NCBI GenBank assembly: GCA_030704615.1
Contig: CM060732.1
Coordinates: 56,916,001-56,980,000 of the forward strand
Direction of reading: 5' to 3'
DNA: 64,000 bases
Source: Takakia lepidozioides
Taxonomy: Eukaryota; Plantae; Bryophyta
Of the stretch, positions 1 to 13,201 are shown one piece after another. The first letter of the stretch is position 1; every line of letters starts with the position of its first letter. The position numbers and the translations under genes were made by a program. Below the pieces are notes generated by a model. The model had not been told where the DNA came from and ran no database searches. It saw only the letters and a list, made by a program, of their open reading frames with translations.

Positions 1-1872
1 GGCATCGGCCCATGCACGGACCTCAGGCCCCCTGGGTGGCCCCGCCGCGACCCATGACCTGGGCCCGGGTGGGTTTGCTGCGAAACTCGGCTTGGTGGGT
101 CTGTCGCGAGGATGGGTCTGCGGCGAGGTAGGGTCTGCTGCAAGGTAGGGTCCGCAGGCCCTGACCCTAGGCGGCATTGGGGCTGACTGTGGCTGTTTTC
201 TTAACAGATAAAAAAAAATGATGGGGTAGTAGCAAGAAGCGGGTAGTGTGATGGTTATATTGAGTAGTATTTATGAGGTTGTCAACTTTGGCTGCGCCAA
301 ATGTGCGTTAATGATGGTTCCGGCTGGCGCTGCATGTGTATTAATGACCCCATTTTTTATGGGCGAGTTTTCCCGCAAAAAATTCTAAGTCTCGCGGGAC
401 GGGCTGCGGCGCAACGAGCAGACCATTCAGTTCGACCCAAGACCCGCGAGCAGACCCGACCTACCAGCTGGGAGCAGACCCTACCCTGAGTGAGCAAACC
501 CGGACCTGCCGGGTGGTCGCGGGGGCGCTCGACGTCCTTGCATGGGGCCGCTGCCTGGTGCACATGAGCCTTAAACTCCCAATTATATTTTTAAAATGAG
601 AGGCGAAGACAATAGCAATAATGAATCAATTGATGCATCTGAGTGACGATTTGTATTCTGGTTGGAATTGGGCAGTGTCGTCTCCTTTGGCATGCCCTTG
701 TCAAATCCTCCCCACCCCCTATAACCTAGGAGTCATTATTGAATGTTTTAGAATGCTCATGACTGAGTAGTATGCTGATAACGTGATGGTGTTTGTAGCT
801 ATGAGATTTAGGATTCGATTTTTGTTGGATTGCTAGTCACCCTGGTCCATGTCCTCCCATATGATGTCACCCCGTTCAGTGTAACTTTGGTGTCACTTTA
901 TTTTTATACTTTTTATATTTAGTCAAATTTCATGACACCAAGTGGGAGATAGGCCGATTGGAGGGAAACTTCCATCCGCACCACTTCAGTGTCACTCCAA
1001 CCACTAGTGTCACGCTCATAATGTCACCCCATCCCATGTCAATCCTGTGTATGGTGTCATTTGCTTTTAGTGCACTCCAATCTGTGGCACTCTTGAGAGG
1101 GGGAAGGGAAGATTTGACATGCCAAAATCCGGCATATCGCGCTCTCAGAGATGGCCCCCTTGCATTAAGTTCTTCATCTTATTGCTACTATTTGTGGCAT
1201 GTGCGATTGAGCGCATATTAGAGTTATCCGTAAAGGGTCCAAAACTCGGCACGAGAACCCTGAGGTTGGCCAAAACTGGGCATGAAACTCAAAACTTAGG
1301 ACGTGAGGGTAAGAAGACACGGGACCAAACTGCCAGGACATAGGGAAATGGTCGTGGCGTACCAAACTTAGGCTCACTTTACAAATAACTCTATTGTACC
1401 ATCGTTTTACTGAGTATATACATACTTACATTTATGACATGTGTACCAAAAGACAATTGAAGGGCCAATATGCCAAAAAAAAAACTCAATTTGCTATTTT
1501 TCATGAATTTTAAGCGACAGAAAATACTTGAATGTCCAAATATGAAACCACCTCAATGCATCCCTACTTAATGAGGGCTTTCCAGCATCAAGACTACAAG
1601 CACTCTCTGGGGGATCTGAACGATGCTATAAAACAAAACAAACTACATTGCTTAGTAGGTAGATTACTTTCCGGAAATCTTTATTTTCAGTTTTTATTTT
1701 TTTCAAATCATGTGTTGATTTATTTAGTGTTGAAATGGATTTGGATATATATTTTTTAATTAAGAGGGAACAGGGCCCTCAAAATTTTATTGGATAACTA
1801 TGACATGAAGAGGAGTAAATCATCAAAATGAGGTACGCGACACATTGTATTAAAGCTTAAAGTTGAATACAT

Positions 1873-2237
1873 TGTCATGGTTTTAGTCATGGTTATCTAG
1901 AATTACCTACTTCTAGTTAACTAGGACATTTTAGATAATTATATTTATATTTTGTGTGTTGGGACTTCATTTGGTCTCACATACCAAGTGAGGTGTCGAG
2001 CCTCACTTGGGACATGGGGATAGGTTTTCCCCTTGTGAGGATGGAGGAGGCTCATCTTCTTGTAGTTGAGCCTCCATGAGCCTCTCCCACCTCCATAGCT
2101 CTAGGTATTGAGAGGTAGTGTGTTGAGGGCTTTGTAGGGTGGATTTCCTTAGCAAGGGTGCCATTGGCTTGACTTAGCTTATGTGATTGAGTGGATTCAT
2201 GAGTGGAGCGTTTTCATTATGTTCACTTTCATTATCA
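1873..2237 (+). repeat. Terminal repeat segment B1 of copy A
   Basis: Direct repeat of 17186-17548 (about 15 substitutions plus one 2-bp indel by eye). Contains TATA-like TATATTTATA at ~1940 and hairpins at 1984-2011 and 2047-2076. Confidence 0.9.
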
Positions 2238-2249
2238 CTACAAGAAGAT
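2238..2249 (+). promoter_or_regulatory. Putative self-priming primer-binding site of copy A
   Basis: CTACAAGAAGAT directly after B1 is the exact reverse complement of ATCTTCTTGTAG (2054-2065), a hairpin loop in B. No TGG tRNA-type PBS. Confidence 0.7.
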
Positions 2250-3629
2250 CACCTTATGCTTGTGAATGCAGAATGTAGGGGTTAGTTTAGCACTTGTGTG
2301 TTGAAGAGCTTGAGAGCTTGTCAAGAGAACGTGGTAGATAGCTCTTGTGTCGCAGGTGTTGCAAAGGAAAATCCTTGTGGCGTGAAGAACATGGATGTTA
2401 GGGTTTGAGAAGCATTACTTTGTTCTATAGAGGTGGAGCGCTTAAGGAGAAAGCTCTCACATCACAAAGCTTGCATGGTCTTGCAAGGGAGAGTGCTTGT
2501 ATATGCACTAAGGGTTTGAGAGCTTGGAAAAGAGCTCTTGCATCACAAGAGAAACATCTTGTATGTGGAGAAGATATGCACTAGGGTTTCAAAAGCAAGC
2601 TCTAGTTGTTCATGGTGTGAAAGAGAAGCTAAAGAGCGGCACATGCTTGGGTTGGAAACACCATAGAAGGAGTACAACAAGGGTAGCTTGAGGAGCATTG
2701 AGTAGTTCAAGAGAAGCTAAGAAGTGGTTGTTCTATCCATGGTGAAATGAAGCCAAGTGGGGTTTCATTTGGTTGACAAACAAGCAAGCTAAGGCGCTAG
2801 AAGGGAGTGCTTTTGCTAGTTCTATGAGTTCTTGGATTGCTCTTGGTGAAGCAAGTGGTTGACCAAGCAAGTGGCGCATGTGTGGAGCATGTTTTCCAAG
2901 TGTGGCTTCCAACTTCAAGCTTGAGGAGAGCTAGAAGGTGAAGTAAGCAAGTTCATTCCTTTGTGTATGAGGTGGTGCATGTGTGGAGCATGTTTTTGGC
3001 TTAAGCTTTGTCTTTTCAAACTTGAGAGGAATGGCTCTTGAGCTAGCAAATGAAAGGAGCTTGAATCACCAAAACTCAAGAGGAGCTCAAGTGGTGGACT
3101 CAAATGTCATACATGGACAAAGACTGGAACTAGTAAGTAAAGAGTTGAAAACTCCTCTTTTGCATAAAGTGGCAATGTGTTGGTTCTTGTTACCATAAAT
3201 GAGAGCAACAACTTGAAGCTAAGAGGTGTACTATGCATGTGAATGGCCAAGGAAGAGCGCATGTAGGAGTGTAAACTAGAGCCAAAAGGGAGCAATGCTT
3301 TGATGCTTGCCAATGGGGAAGAATGTCTTGTTTGAGTTCATATGAACAAGAGAACTTGTTTTGTAGCAAATGCATTGCTATGTGAATTGGAACCAAGCTT
3401 GGTTGTAGCTTGAGGTGAAGAAGAGCAAGGGAGTTTGCTTTGGTATCTCATAGAAGTCATGGATGCTTGAGGAGATCAAGCATGAAGCTCAATGAAGCAC
3501 AAATCCTAGCTTGGGATGCACAAACCCTAGCATGAGATGCACATGAAACCCTAGGTGCATGGGAACAGTCACCGAATTGTGGGAACGGTCACTATAGGCT
3601 AGGAACATAGTGACATATAAAGACAATAT

Positions 3630-4100
3630 AAGGTTTTTTGGAGGATTGTTTGGGGGATCTTTGGGGTCCTTTGAGGAGCTGTTGGAAGACACTTTGAGGA
3701 CTTTTTGTAAGCCACTTTGAAGAACTCTTGAAGAGGTATTTGGATGACTGTTTGGAGGACTATTTGCGGTTTTTGAAGGCCAAGTTTTGGCAAGTTTTTT
3801 GAGCTTTTGGAGGGCTATGTAGAGGACCATTTGGGATCTTTAAAGGCCAATATTTGGCAAGTTTTTGGAGCCTTTGGAAGGCTGTTTGGGGTCCTTGGAG
3901 GCCGATATTTAGCAAGCTTGAGGAGTCTTTGGCGACTTGTTGAAGGACTATTTGGGGTCCTTGAGGGCTGAGATTTGGCAAGCTCTTGGGGCCTTGGTAA
4001 CTGTTTGGAGTACCATTGTGCAAGCTTTGGGAGCCTTAGTGAGATTGTTTGAGGGACATCTTGAGGGCTCTTAGAGAGTTATTTGAGAGATCCTTGAAAG
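3630..4100 (+). repeat. Degenerate G/T-rich short tandem repeat array in the leader of copy A
   Basis: Recurrent ~11-bp units such as TTTGGAGGAC, TTTGGGGATC and TTTGGCAAG. Confidence 0.5.
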
Positions 4101-4699
4101 GTCTTGTCTATTGCTTAAGCAAGAGAGTGTGGAAATAGGGTAGTGGGATGAGAGCATGTTGTGATAGGAATTGCTTTAGTCTCTCTTCCTTGTAGTCTTC
4201 CACCCTCTCTATAGGCCAAAACCTTTCTATATGTGGAGGTAAGAGTTAATCCGGGTTTGGGCTGGGGTGTCTTGCAAGAGCGACACTGTAGAGTGTTTTT
4301 GGTGTGGGGGAGTTACTGTTTTGATTTTCTTGTGCTTGGATCCCCTCCACACCTGCATGCTTGACTGTGCGCCATGTTAGTTTTGTGTGGGCGTTTGTTT
4401 TCATAGGAGGTTGGTCCAGATTTGATCACCTGTCAATCCTAGAGCATGTTGTCAGTGGTGAGGCTGGGATGATGACCAGTCAGACCATCATTGTTCTCTT
4501 ATGGTGAGGTTGGGTTGATGACCAACATACCATAGGAGTGTTTGCAGTGGATGCAAGTGCAGGTGCAGGTTTATGTTATGAGCCTAGTAGTCTAAGCCAT
4601 TAGCTGCAACAAGTTCTCTATCCGGTTACCTTGTGGAAAAGGGGATTAGACACAAGTTTACAACAGGTGTGGTTGTGAGTTTTCATCACGGAGGTGCCA

Positions 4700-6240
4700 T
4701 TGTTATGGCTTGCATCCTGAGCTATGGCCAGACTAGTTCCAAAGGAATAATGGTGGCCGAGGACGAGGCAATGTAGTTCAGAGAGTTAGAGGAGGCAGAG
4801 GTCGGGATGGAGGTTGTAACCAAAACCAAGGAGCACAGGGTCAGGGTCAAGGTCATAACCAGGGCATGGTGGATAGACTTGCCCAGCTAGAGCAACATCT
4901 TGCTGCCATGGCCACTACTCATGTTGCGCCAGCTCCAAGGCTTGAGGTTCAAGCCCCACCTGCACAACCTCTTATGCCTAGGGAAGACCAGATTGGTATG
5001 GGCTTCATATGTGGAGCCGCACTTGCAGGGCCATTGCATGTATTGGACTCTGCTGCTGCTGTCACTCGAGCAGCAACACGTGCTCTTGAGCCAAGATGAG
5101 CGGATGTGGATTTTGATCCACAAAGGGGGGAAGAGAGTCGTCAGACAAGGCTTCCACAGTCCTTTACATTGGCTGAGACAGTGTCACCTCCTCCATCAAT
5201 GGCACCCGCTCGCCCAAGTGTGTTTAGAGATAGAGCCACGAGTACCATTGGCGAGAGTTGGTGTGGCTCGGGAAATGTCAGTTGGTGGTGCTGCAAAGCA
5301 ATGTGCAACCAGTACATTGTTGGGGACGGCTACGACGGTTTACCAAACTCCATGTTTTTTGCAATGACCATTGCAATGCTGGGGATTTGGCCAGCTGCTG
5401 TATTCAGACTAGCAGCTAGACTCTCTGAGAGTGGTGATGCATCGACACTATCTGCAGAGATAGCAGATAAGGTACAGACTATGGATGCTTTGGATTCGAG
5501 GGTGAAGTCAGCTACAGCTGCGTCATGGCAAGTGGTGCAGGAGTTGTCAGCTAGGCCAGCCATTGAGCGCAGCATAATGACTCCTGAACTAGTCCTGGTG
5601 GACAATCAGGATGGAGTGTTTCAGTTGGGTGGTCCAACAGGGAGGAGGTATAGGCCACTACGGGTCTTGTTTGACTCGGGAGTACAGCCTTTGATGTTGG
5701 GGAGAGCAGTAATTGCAGGCTTGGGCCTTACAGAGGCGGACTTGGAGTCTTGCCCTTTCCAAATTCAAACATCTTTGGGTGGTTCAGAGAAGACGCGAGA
5801 GATTACACGCCATGAGCTCTTCATTCAATTGCAGCCGGATCATCCTACGGACGGCTCAGTCATGAGAGCTAAAGCCATCGTTACGAATGCGATGTCATAT
5901 GTGCTTGTTGGTGGGGCTGTGTTGTACCCCATGGGATTTATTCTGGACTTTTGGGAGGAAACGGCATCCTACAGGCCGGAGTGGCAGTCAGGGGATGGCC
6001 GACGTGCACTGCTCTCAGTGTGGTTTATTGGGAATGTAGCGGTGGCTCATAGGAACATGATGCCAACATTGGCTGCATTCTCAGGTGTGTTGGCTTGGTG
6101 TGGTGAGCTTTTGGAGGGCAATAGTCATGCAGATGATAGGCCACCACCTGATGAGGACAAGCAATTGGCATACAAGGCTGAGTTGCTTTCTCATGTTCCT
6201 GTGCATAACTCACTGTGGGGTACAGTTGGGGATTTGTAGC
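4700..6240 (+). pseudogene. Copy A: Gag C-terminal remnant plus aspartic protease
   Basis: ORFs 4866-5099 and 5106-6239 (RVLFDSGVQPLMLG), homologous to 59200-60700 of copy C. Most of gag is deleted. Confidence 0.8.
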
Positions 6241-6383
6241 GAGTGTCAAGCCAGTGTGTGCAACAAGCATGGCAATAGGCCTTTCCATCGGTAGGTGAGG
6301 GGAGTTTAGTGACATCACCTGGACCTCCTCAGTTAGCTTCATTGGACACAGTGCCTATTATCTGGTAACAACCTGATTCAGGC

Positions 6384-7330
6384 ATTTGTTTGCTAGACAT
6401 GTTTGGAGGCATGAGCACTGGGCTTGCAGGAGTATTGCAAGCATGAATCAAAGTACACAAGTACTTGTATGTGGAGAAGGATGAGATTGCTCGGCGTGTT
6501 TTCATGCGCCATGTTGTCTTGCTCACACATCAGTATCCTGAGTTGTTGCCTCTCTCAGCAATTCAAGGGTACCAAAAGGCCTTGCCAGCAGACATTATCA
6601 TGCTGGGGGCGGAGGATTTGGATCGACATGATCCCATTGACTTGGTGATATGAAGGTGGCTTTGTCAAGGACATTCTCCCGCAGATCATGATAATGATTT
6701 GCATGATGCACGATCGCATCTGTTTTGGGAGATGCTGCGAGTATTGCGTGACTTGCAGGTGAGGCAAGTGCAACCTCCAGCTTACATCCTGGAGAATGTT
6801 CCTCTCATGGGGGATTCTCGGGCCAGGGTTATGGCCAGTGTACATCAGATCCGGTCATGGATTGGACCAGCTGTATTGTTGGATGCAGCTGCAGCGGGTT
6901 CACGGGCACATAGGCCTAGGTTGTGGTGAATCAATCTTGCACCACCAGAGTTATTCAAGAGAGCCTATGATTCCATTCAATGGCCACCCAACCTCACGGT
7001 TGAGGGCATTTTGGACCAAGGGAGACAACCACAAGGAGTGCGACATGATGATCGTCCACATTTGGCGGTGATCAATCGAGTGGGGCAACCACGTGCGGCC
7101 TAGCCTACACTCATGAGTTTTCCTTCGTCTCATGTTTTTTGAGACAATGGTCCAGGGTTGATTTGGGACAATGTGTTACAACAATTGGTGGAGCCTAGAG
7201 CGGATGAGCAAGAGCGGGCAATGGGGTTTGCCACGGGCACTGCAACTGTGTCATCTCTGTCAGAAGCATCACGACGTCAGATGTTGGGTCGGGCAATGGA
7301 TCTCAATTGCTTGATATGGGTCATTGACTT
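6384..7330 (+). pseudogene. Copy A: DNMT3-like C5 cytosine methyltransferase domain (in-frame stops)
   Basis: Motif I LLDMFGGMSTG; IV DLVI*RWLCQG (PC mutated to LC); VI YILENVP; VIII LDAAAAGSRAHRPRLW; IX EQERAMGF; X LGRAMDL. Confidence 0.9.
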
Positions 7331-7577
7331 GTGCATGACTGAGCAACGGAGATTGCAAGCATTGGTGGCTACTTCTGCACTTCCATTGGTATTGCACCAT
7401 CTTTGCTAACCGGGACGGTGGAGGCAGTGAGTGGGGGCGAGCACAGGATCATGGGGTGCAAATACCCATGGCAGATGTGGGATGAGATGCGCAAAGAGAG
7501 AGTTATTGGATATCTTAAGCAGCAGTATGAGAAGTGGGGAGAGCCATACATTGAGGATCAGTTGGAGCCCAAGATGG

Positions 7578-8015
7578 TGTAACAAGGTAGAATCTAGAAG
7601 GTTCTAGATGGAGGAGGAAAGTTCCCTAGAAGTTTCCAGAATAACTAGGAAGGATCCTAAGAAGTTTGACGTAAGGAAGTTTGACTTGAGGCTCTCAAGT
7701 CAAACCTCTAAGATATTCATATTATGGAGAGTAGGTCAAATCTTTGATAAAGTCATATTATAGAGAATATGTCAAACCTATGAAGGTTGACTTTAGCAAG
7801 TATCTTTGATGAAGTCGTATTGTGGAAAATATGTCAAACCTAGGAAGGTTGACTTTAGGAAGCTTTGACTTGAGGCTCTCAAGTCAAAACCTTTAAAATA
7901 ATCATATTGTGAAGGGTATATAAACCTGCAATGAAAGCCTAGAAGGCATCGAGTTGTTTTGGGAAAAAGTTGAAAAGTACTTCTATTCTAGTTTGTGTAG
8001 ATCCTGGGTGTTACA
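7578..8015 (+). repeat. 5' LTR of chromovirus B
   Basis: Direct repeat of 13202-13639; TGTAACA...TGTTACA. Confidence 0.95.
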
Positions 8016-8016
8016 A

Positions 8017-8029
8017 TGGTATCAGAGCC
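8017..8029 (+). promoter_or_regulatory. PBS complementary to initiator tRNA-Met
   Basis: TGGTATCAGAGCC one base after the LTR end. Confidence 0.9.
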
Positions 8030-8666
8030 TAGTCATTCTTAAAGTTGGGAGTGAATACCTTCTTTAGGAGGATTTGATTAAGATGTTTTTTTTTTGGGAA
8101 ATTTTTGTTGTTAATATTTTTAAGTGTTGAATAGATAGTAGTGATGGTGCGCCATAATGATAGTATAAAAATTTTATGGACTTAAATCAACCCCATTTCC
8201 GTGATTTTCCTTCGGAGTGTGAGTTTAAAATTATATGTCGTCGTAAAGCAGAAATTAGAGATATGATAGTACAAAGATTTGGAGAGGAACAATATCAAGA
8301 AGTGTTACAAAACCCACGACCTGTCGTTTTTCCTATAATTAGAAATTGGAAGGTATACATATGTGTATATACATAGCTCATGGATCGAGGTAGACATTTT
8401 TCACCTAATTCTCCAACGCCAAATGTATTTAATATCAATGTGCGCGCCATCGACAAGCATCATCTTGTGAGATTTTTAGTTGCAGAATTTGGGTTGAATT
8501 CATAAATCTTGTCATGAGTTCAAACGTCCATTTTGTATTACCAATAGTCACGTACGAGATGGTTTGGGATTGCACTATTTACATATTGTATTAGGATAAG
8601 AAAATAGAAATAGTATACATTAATTTTAGAAGACAAACACCACGAAGGAAGGAGTAGTGGAGCAAG

Positions 8667-11600
8667 ATGACGGACAATGAAGAAATGGTGGACAACGCAC
8701 ACACTACTCATCAAGCCAATGATCAGACGGTGTGGATAATGGAGCGCTTACACGAATTGCAGAATGCTCTTGTCACGACCCAACAACAAAACAACGTGTT
8801 GATGAAGGAGCTTAAACAAGTGAGACAATCAACCGCATCGGGACTGATTGCTGATGGGTCGGATACGTTGCTGCAAAAGATGACCAAGACATGTAAGGTC
8901 GAGCAGTATAAAGGAAGTCGCGCAATGGGAGTACTAGAAGGATGGATTTATCGAATGGAGGTACATCTGTCATATTTCCCTACATCAAGTGATTTGGACC
9001 ACAGAATGTTCATACGATCTTTTCTACTCGACAATGCTTCAACATGGTTACAGACATGGGAGAGAAGACAGATTGCAAAAGGAGAACTTTTACTATGAAG
9101 CACCTTGAAAGCGGGACTGCTTCAACAATTCAAAGCAGTAGATGCTGTTACAACTACTCGAATGAAATTATGGAACTTGGAACAACGCGGGAGTGTGCAA
9201 AATTACATTGAAGATTTTTAGAATCTTCAGGTCCAAATCGAAGATATAAGTCATGCAGAAGCTTTAGACAACTTCAAAAAATGATTGAAGAAGAAAATTC
9301 AACGAGAGATAATTTTACGCAACCCGGTTGATGGCCATGAAAAAATTTCATTGGCCCAAAAGATTGAAGGGACGCTACCAAACTACGACGAACGTATACA
9401 CGTTCCATTGAACCAATACGGACCAACGCCTATGGAGCTTGGAAATCTTCGAAGACGGGATAACTTTCAATACTCTCAAAGAAATAGGCCAGGAATCAGA
9501 TATGGGGAAGATAACACACAGCGGCGAATGAAATTGAATGACAAGGATGTGACCTCCTCAACATTCTCACGAAGAGAAGAACAAAAGAAAACTCGACAAT
9601 ATTACAACTGTGGAAAATTCGGACATCTTGCAGTCAACTGCCGAAGTGGAAGGTACAATCGACAAACTTATCGAAAACCTCTTAATAGTTTAAGGAGAGA
9701 AGAAGATAACGAATATCATAATGAGCAGGAAAACGAGAACAACCAGTAAGTAGACCTCGCGGTCTTACTGGTTCTACAAAGAAGAGGAGAGGCGAGGGGC
9801 CCTACAAGGAGAAGAGACAAATCAGTCATGCGGGCAAGAAAAAGGCGCAGTTAATTGTGACAGATGGAACCTTGGAAGGTATTCATGTGAGAGTGTTAAT
9901 AGACCCTGGGGCAACAGAAAACTTCTTATTTAGAAAGGCTGCCTTGAAACTAGGACTCCCCTTAGAAAAGGATAAAAGAGAGGAAGTAGAAATGTCAAAT
10001 GGACATACAGAGGTCATTCAGACACTACCTAAAAACATAGAGTTGTCGATTGGTAAATATAGAGAAACCTTAGAATGACGAGTGGTCAGACTGGCTCGAT
10101 ATGACGTAATATTAGGCATGTCTTGGATGGAATCTCACAACCCTGATGTTGATTGGCGTAGAAAGTTAGTCAAAACCCAGAATTGGAAAATATGGGGAGA
10201 TCGAGTGAGGACACCATATCGAAACCTACCATCATTTGTTATAGGTACTACATCTATATGTAAGAAAGACTTATTATTTGTAGGTTTAATAAGAGACGTG
10301 GAAAATCCGAAAAAATACATGAGTGAGGTCCCTATAGAATTACAGAGTGTATTGAAAGAGTTCAAAGATGTCTTTCCAGATGACCTACAAGCACGGCTTC
10401 CACCAAAGAGAAGAGTAGATCATAAGATTGAGGTTGTTCCAAGTAAAACTCTTTCTTGTAAAGTCCCTTATCGATTAGCACCAAACGAGTTGGAAGAATG
10501 TAAGGCTCAAATCGAGGACCTACTATCAAAAGGCTTTATAAGACCAAGTGTATCCCCGTATCGAACGCCGGTGTTGTTTGTAAAGAAAAAAGACGGAGCA
10601 ATGCGCATGTGCATTGATTATCGAGCACTCAACCAGCAGACAGTGAAGAACAAGTACCTGTTCCCACGCATGGACGATCTATTTGACGAACTTCGAGGAG
10701 CAAAATACTTTACGAAGCTTGATCTGAGGAGTGGATACAACCAAATTCGAGTCGTTGATGAAGATGTATATAAGACCGCTTTCCGCACTAGATATGGACA
10801 TTTTGAATACATGATTATGTCATTTGGTCTCACCAATGCCCCAGCCGAATTCATGGGCCTCATGAATGATATCTTTCGCCTATTCTTAGATAGATTTGTG
10901 ATAGTCTTTTAGATGATATTCTTATCTATAGTAATAGCCTTGTCGAGCATAGAAATCACCTCAAACAAGTATTACAAGTTCTCCGTGAGAATCAGCCATA
11001 TGCCAAAGCATTTAAATGTGAGTTTGGAAAACAAGAAGTAGATTATCTTGGGCATCGCATGAGTAGGAAGGGAATTGAGGTAATGAGTGAGAAAATGGAA
11101 GCTATTCAGCAGTGGATAGCTCCTGAAGACATTACCCAATTAAGGAGTTTTCTTAGCCTTACCGGATTCTACAAACGATTTGTACGGGCATTCTCAAAGA
11201 TTGCCCAACCATTGACAAATCTTTTGGGCAAAAGAATTAAATGGAAGTGGGGTACAGAAGAGGAGTTAGCATTTCAGGCCTTGAAGGATGCGTTGTTTCA
11301 TGCCCCGATCTTGAAATGGTATGATCCGACAAGACTAATCAAGCTCTCGGTAGATGTGTCAGGCTCAGCAGTGGGTGGGGTATTACAACAAGAATGGGAA
11401 GACGGATGGCACCCAGTGGCATATTTTTCTCGCAAATTGTTACCTGCGGAACAAAATTACCATACAACTGAACGAGAAGAATTGACCATTATTTTGGGTA
11501 CAAACATTGGAAGCACTATCTTGGAGACAAAGAGTTCATAGTGGAGACAGACCATAAACCGTTGGTGTACTTGGCGACACAAAAAGATCTATTGAAGAGA

Positions 11601-13188
11601 CAGATTCGTTGGGCGGAGTGACGACAACAATTTAATATGAAGATCGTCTATGTGGAGGGAAAACGACAATTAGCAGATGCAATGACAAGGATGCCGCGCA
11701 TGAACACATTGACAGAAATCAACATTCAACCCGATTGGTGGAACAAGATAGCGACGGCTTCTAAAGATGATGGAGAGATCGTGGACGCTAAAAAGAAGGG
11801 CAAAGTGACAGAAGTTTGAGGGTTGGTATTCAAGGAATGTAAACTTTGGATTCCTGATGAACCTGCATTGAAGACAAAAGTCTTGTTTGAAGCTCATGAT
11901 TGGCGATAGCATGACATGTTGGAGTTGAAAAAACATTCGAACAACTAAAACGAACATTTTATTGGCCGCGGATGCGTGACGAGGTGAAGGCGTACGTTCG
12001 AAGTTGCATGAGATGTCAACAAAACATGTCAACAAACCGCAAGCCAGCAGGTCTTTTACAACCACTACCAGTACCAAACAGACGTTGGGAACATATGAGC
12101 ATGGATGTAGTTTGTGAGTTCCCTCAAACCTCACCGGGATATGACACTATAGTGGTCTTTGTAGACAAATTGAGTAAGATGATACACATCCGTCCCACTA
12201 GAAAAACCGTCACTGCACCTGAACTAGCTCGACTATATTTGGAAGCGGTCTATTCTCATCATGGGCTATCTAAAGTTCTTATTACTGACAGGGGTACCCA
12301 ATTTACTAGCTTGTTTTGGAAAAGCTTATTTTGTTTTTTTAAAACCAAATTAGCTATGTCAACAGCCTATCATCCGGAGTCAGATGGACAGACAGAGCGA
12401 GCAAATTGTACAATTGAAGACATGTTGCGGGCCTTTACATTAGAAGAACAAGAAGAGTGAGATTGGTTATTACCATTGGTAGAATTTTGATACAATAACT
12501 CGGTCAATGCGTCAACGAAAGATTTTTTATTTTTATTTTTTTTTATGTATGGTGACCACCCAAATGTGCCAACTCTTACGAAGTTCAATTTACCAAAAGA
12601 GGAGTTATCCAAGGTAGCCGCGACTAACGCATTTGTGCAACAAAATCGACGGGGAGTACATCAAGCTAAAGAGAAGCTGATGGTTGCCCAAAATCGCCAA
12701 AAGCAGTATGCAAATGTACGTCGATGGGATCAGGAGTTTGCAGTTGGGGATCAAGTGTGGTTGTCTACAACCAATTTACACGTCATTGGATCACGAAAAC
12801 TAGGGGCACGGTTCTTGGTCATTTTTCGATCATTAAACGCATTGGAGCAGTAACATACAAGCTGGAGTTACCACCACTTATGAAGATCCACCCGGTGTTT
12901 CACGTTTCTCTATTACGTCGTTACGAACCTCGACCATCAATATTCAAAGATAATCAAGAACCACAACCTTTACCAGAGTTGATAGACGGAAATGAAGAGT
13001 GGGAGGTCGACCATGTTCTGAAAAAACGCACATATAAACGAGGGCGACATGAGGTGTTGGAGTATTTGGTTTTATGGAAAGGATTTCCATTATATGAAGC
13101 TACCTGGGAACCGGTGCAAAATCTCGCAAATGCTCAATTGGCAATTCAAGCTTTTGAAAATTCGAACAACGAGGACGTTGCTTCTTGA
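8667..13188 (+). pseudogene. Chromovirus B gag-pol with chromodomain (stops and frameshifts)
   Basis: Degenerate zinc knuckle YYNCGKFGHLAVNC; protease LIDPGA; RT LDLRSGY and F*DD; integrase core with HPVFHVSLL; chromodomain EWEVDHVL..EYLVLWKGF..ATWEP. Confidence 0.92.
9728..9773 (+). promoter_or_regulatory. -1 ribosomal frameshift signal of chromovirus B
   Basis: G GAA AAC in gag frame, 6-nt spacer, stem AACCAGTAAG/CTTACTGGTT. Pol frame is -1 and open from this point. Confidence 0.75.
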
Positions 13189-13201
13189 AAGAGAGGAGGA
13201 T

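Noticed and set aside
1-573. GC-rich segment with inverted GGGTCTGC/GCAGACCC motifs ending at TTA
   Set aside because: Probably the end of a MITE, but the left terminus is outside the window, so TIR and TSD cannot be verified.
728-1420. TGTCAC-rich and CCAAAACT-rich patches resembling DNA-transposon termini
   Set aside because: No convincing TIR pair or TSD found by eye.
6384-7330. Host DNMT gene or bacterial contamination
   Set aside because: Intronless, continuous with the protease frame, and at the same position in two element copies.
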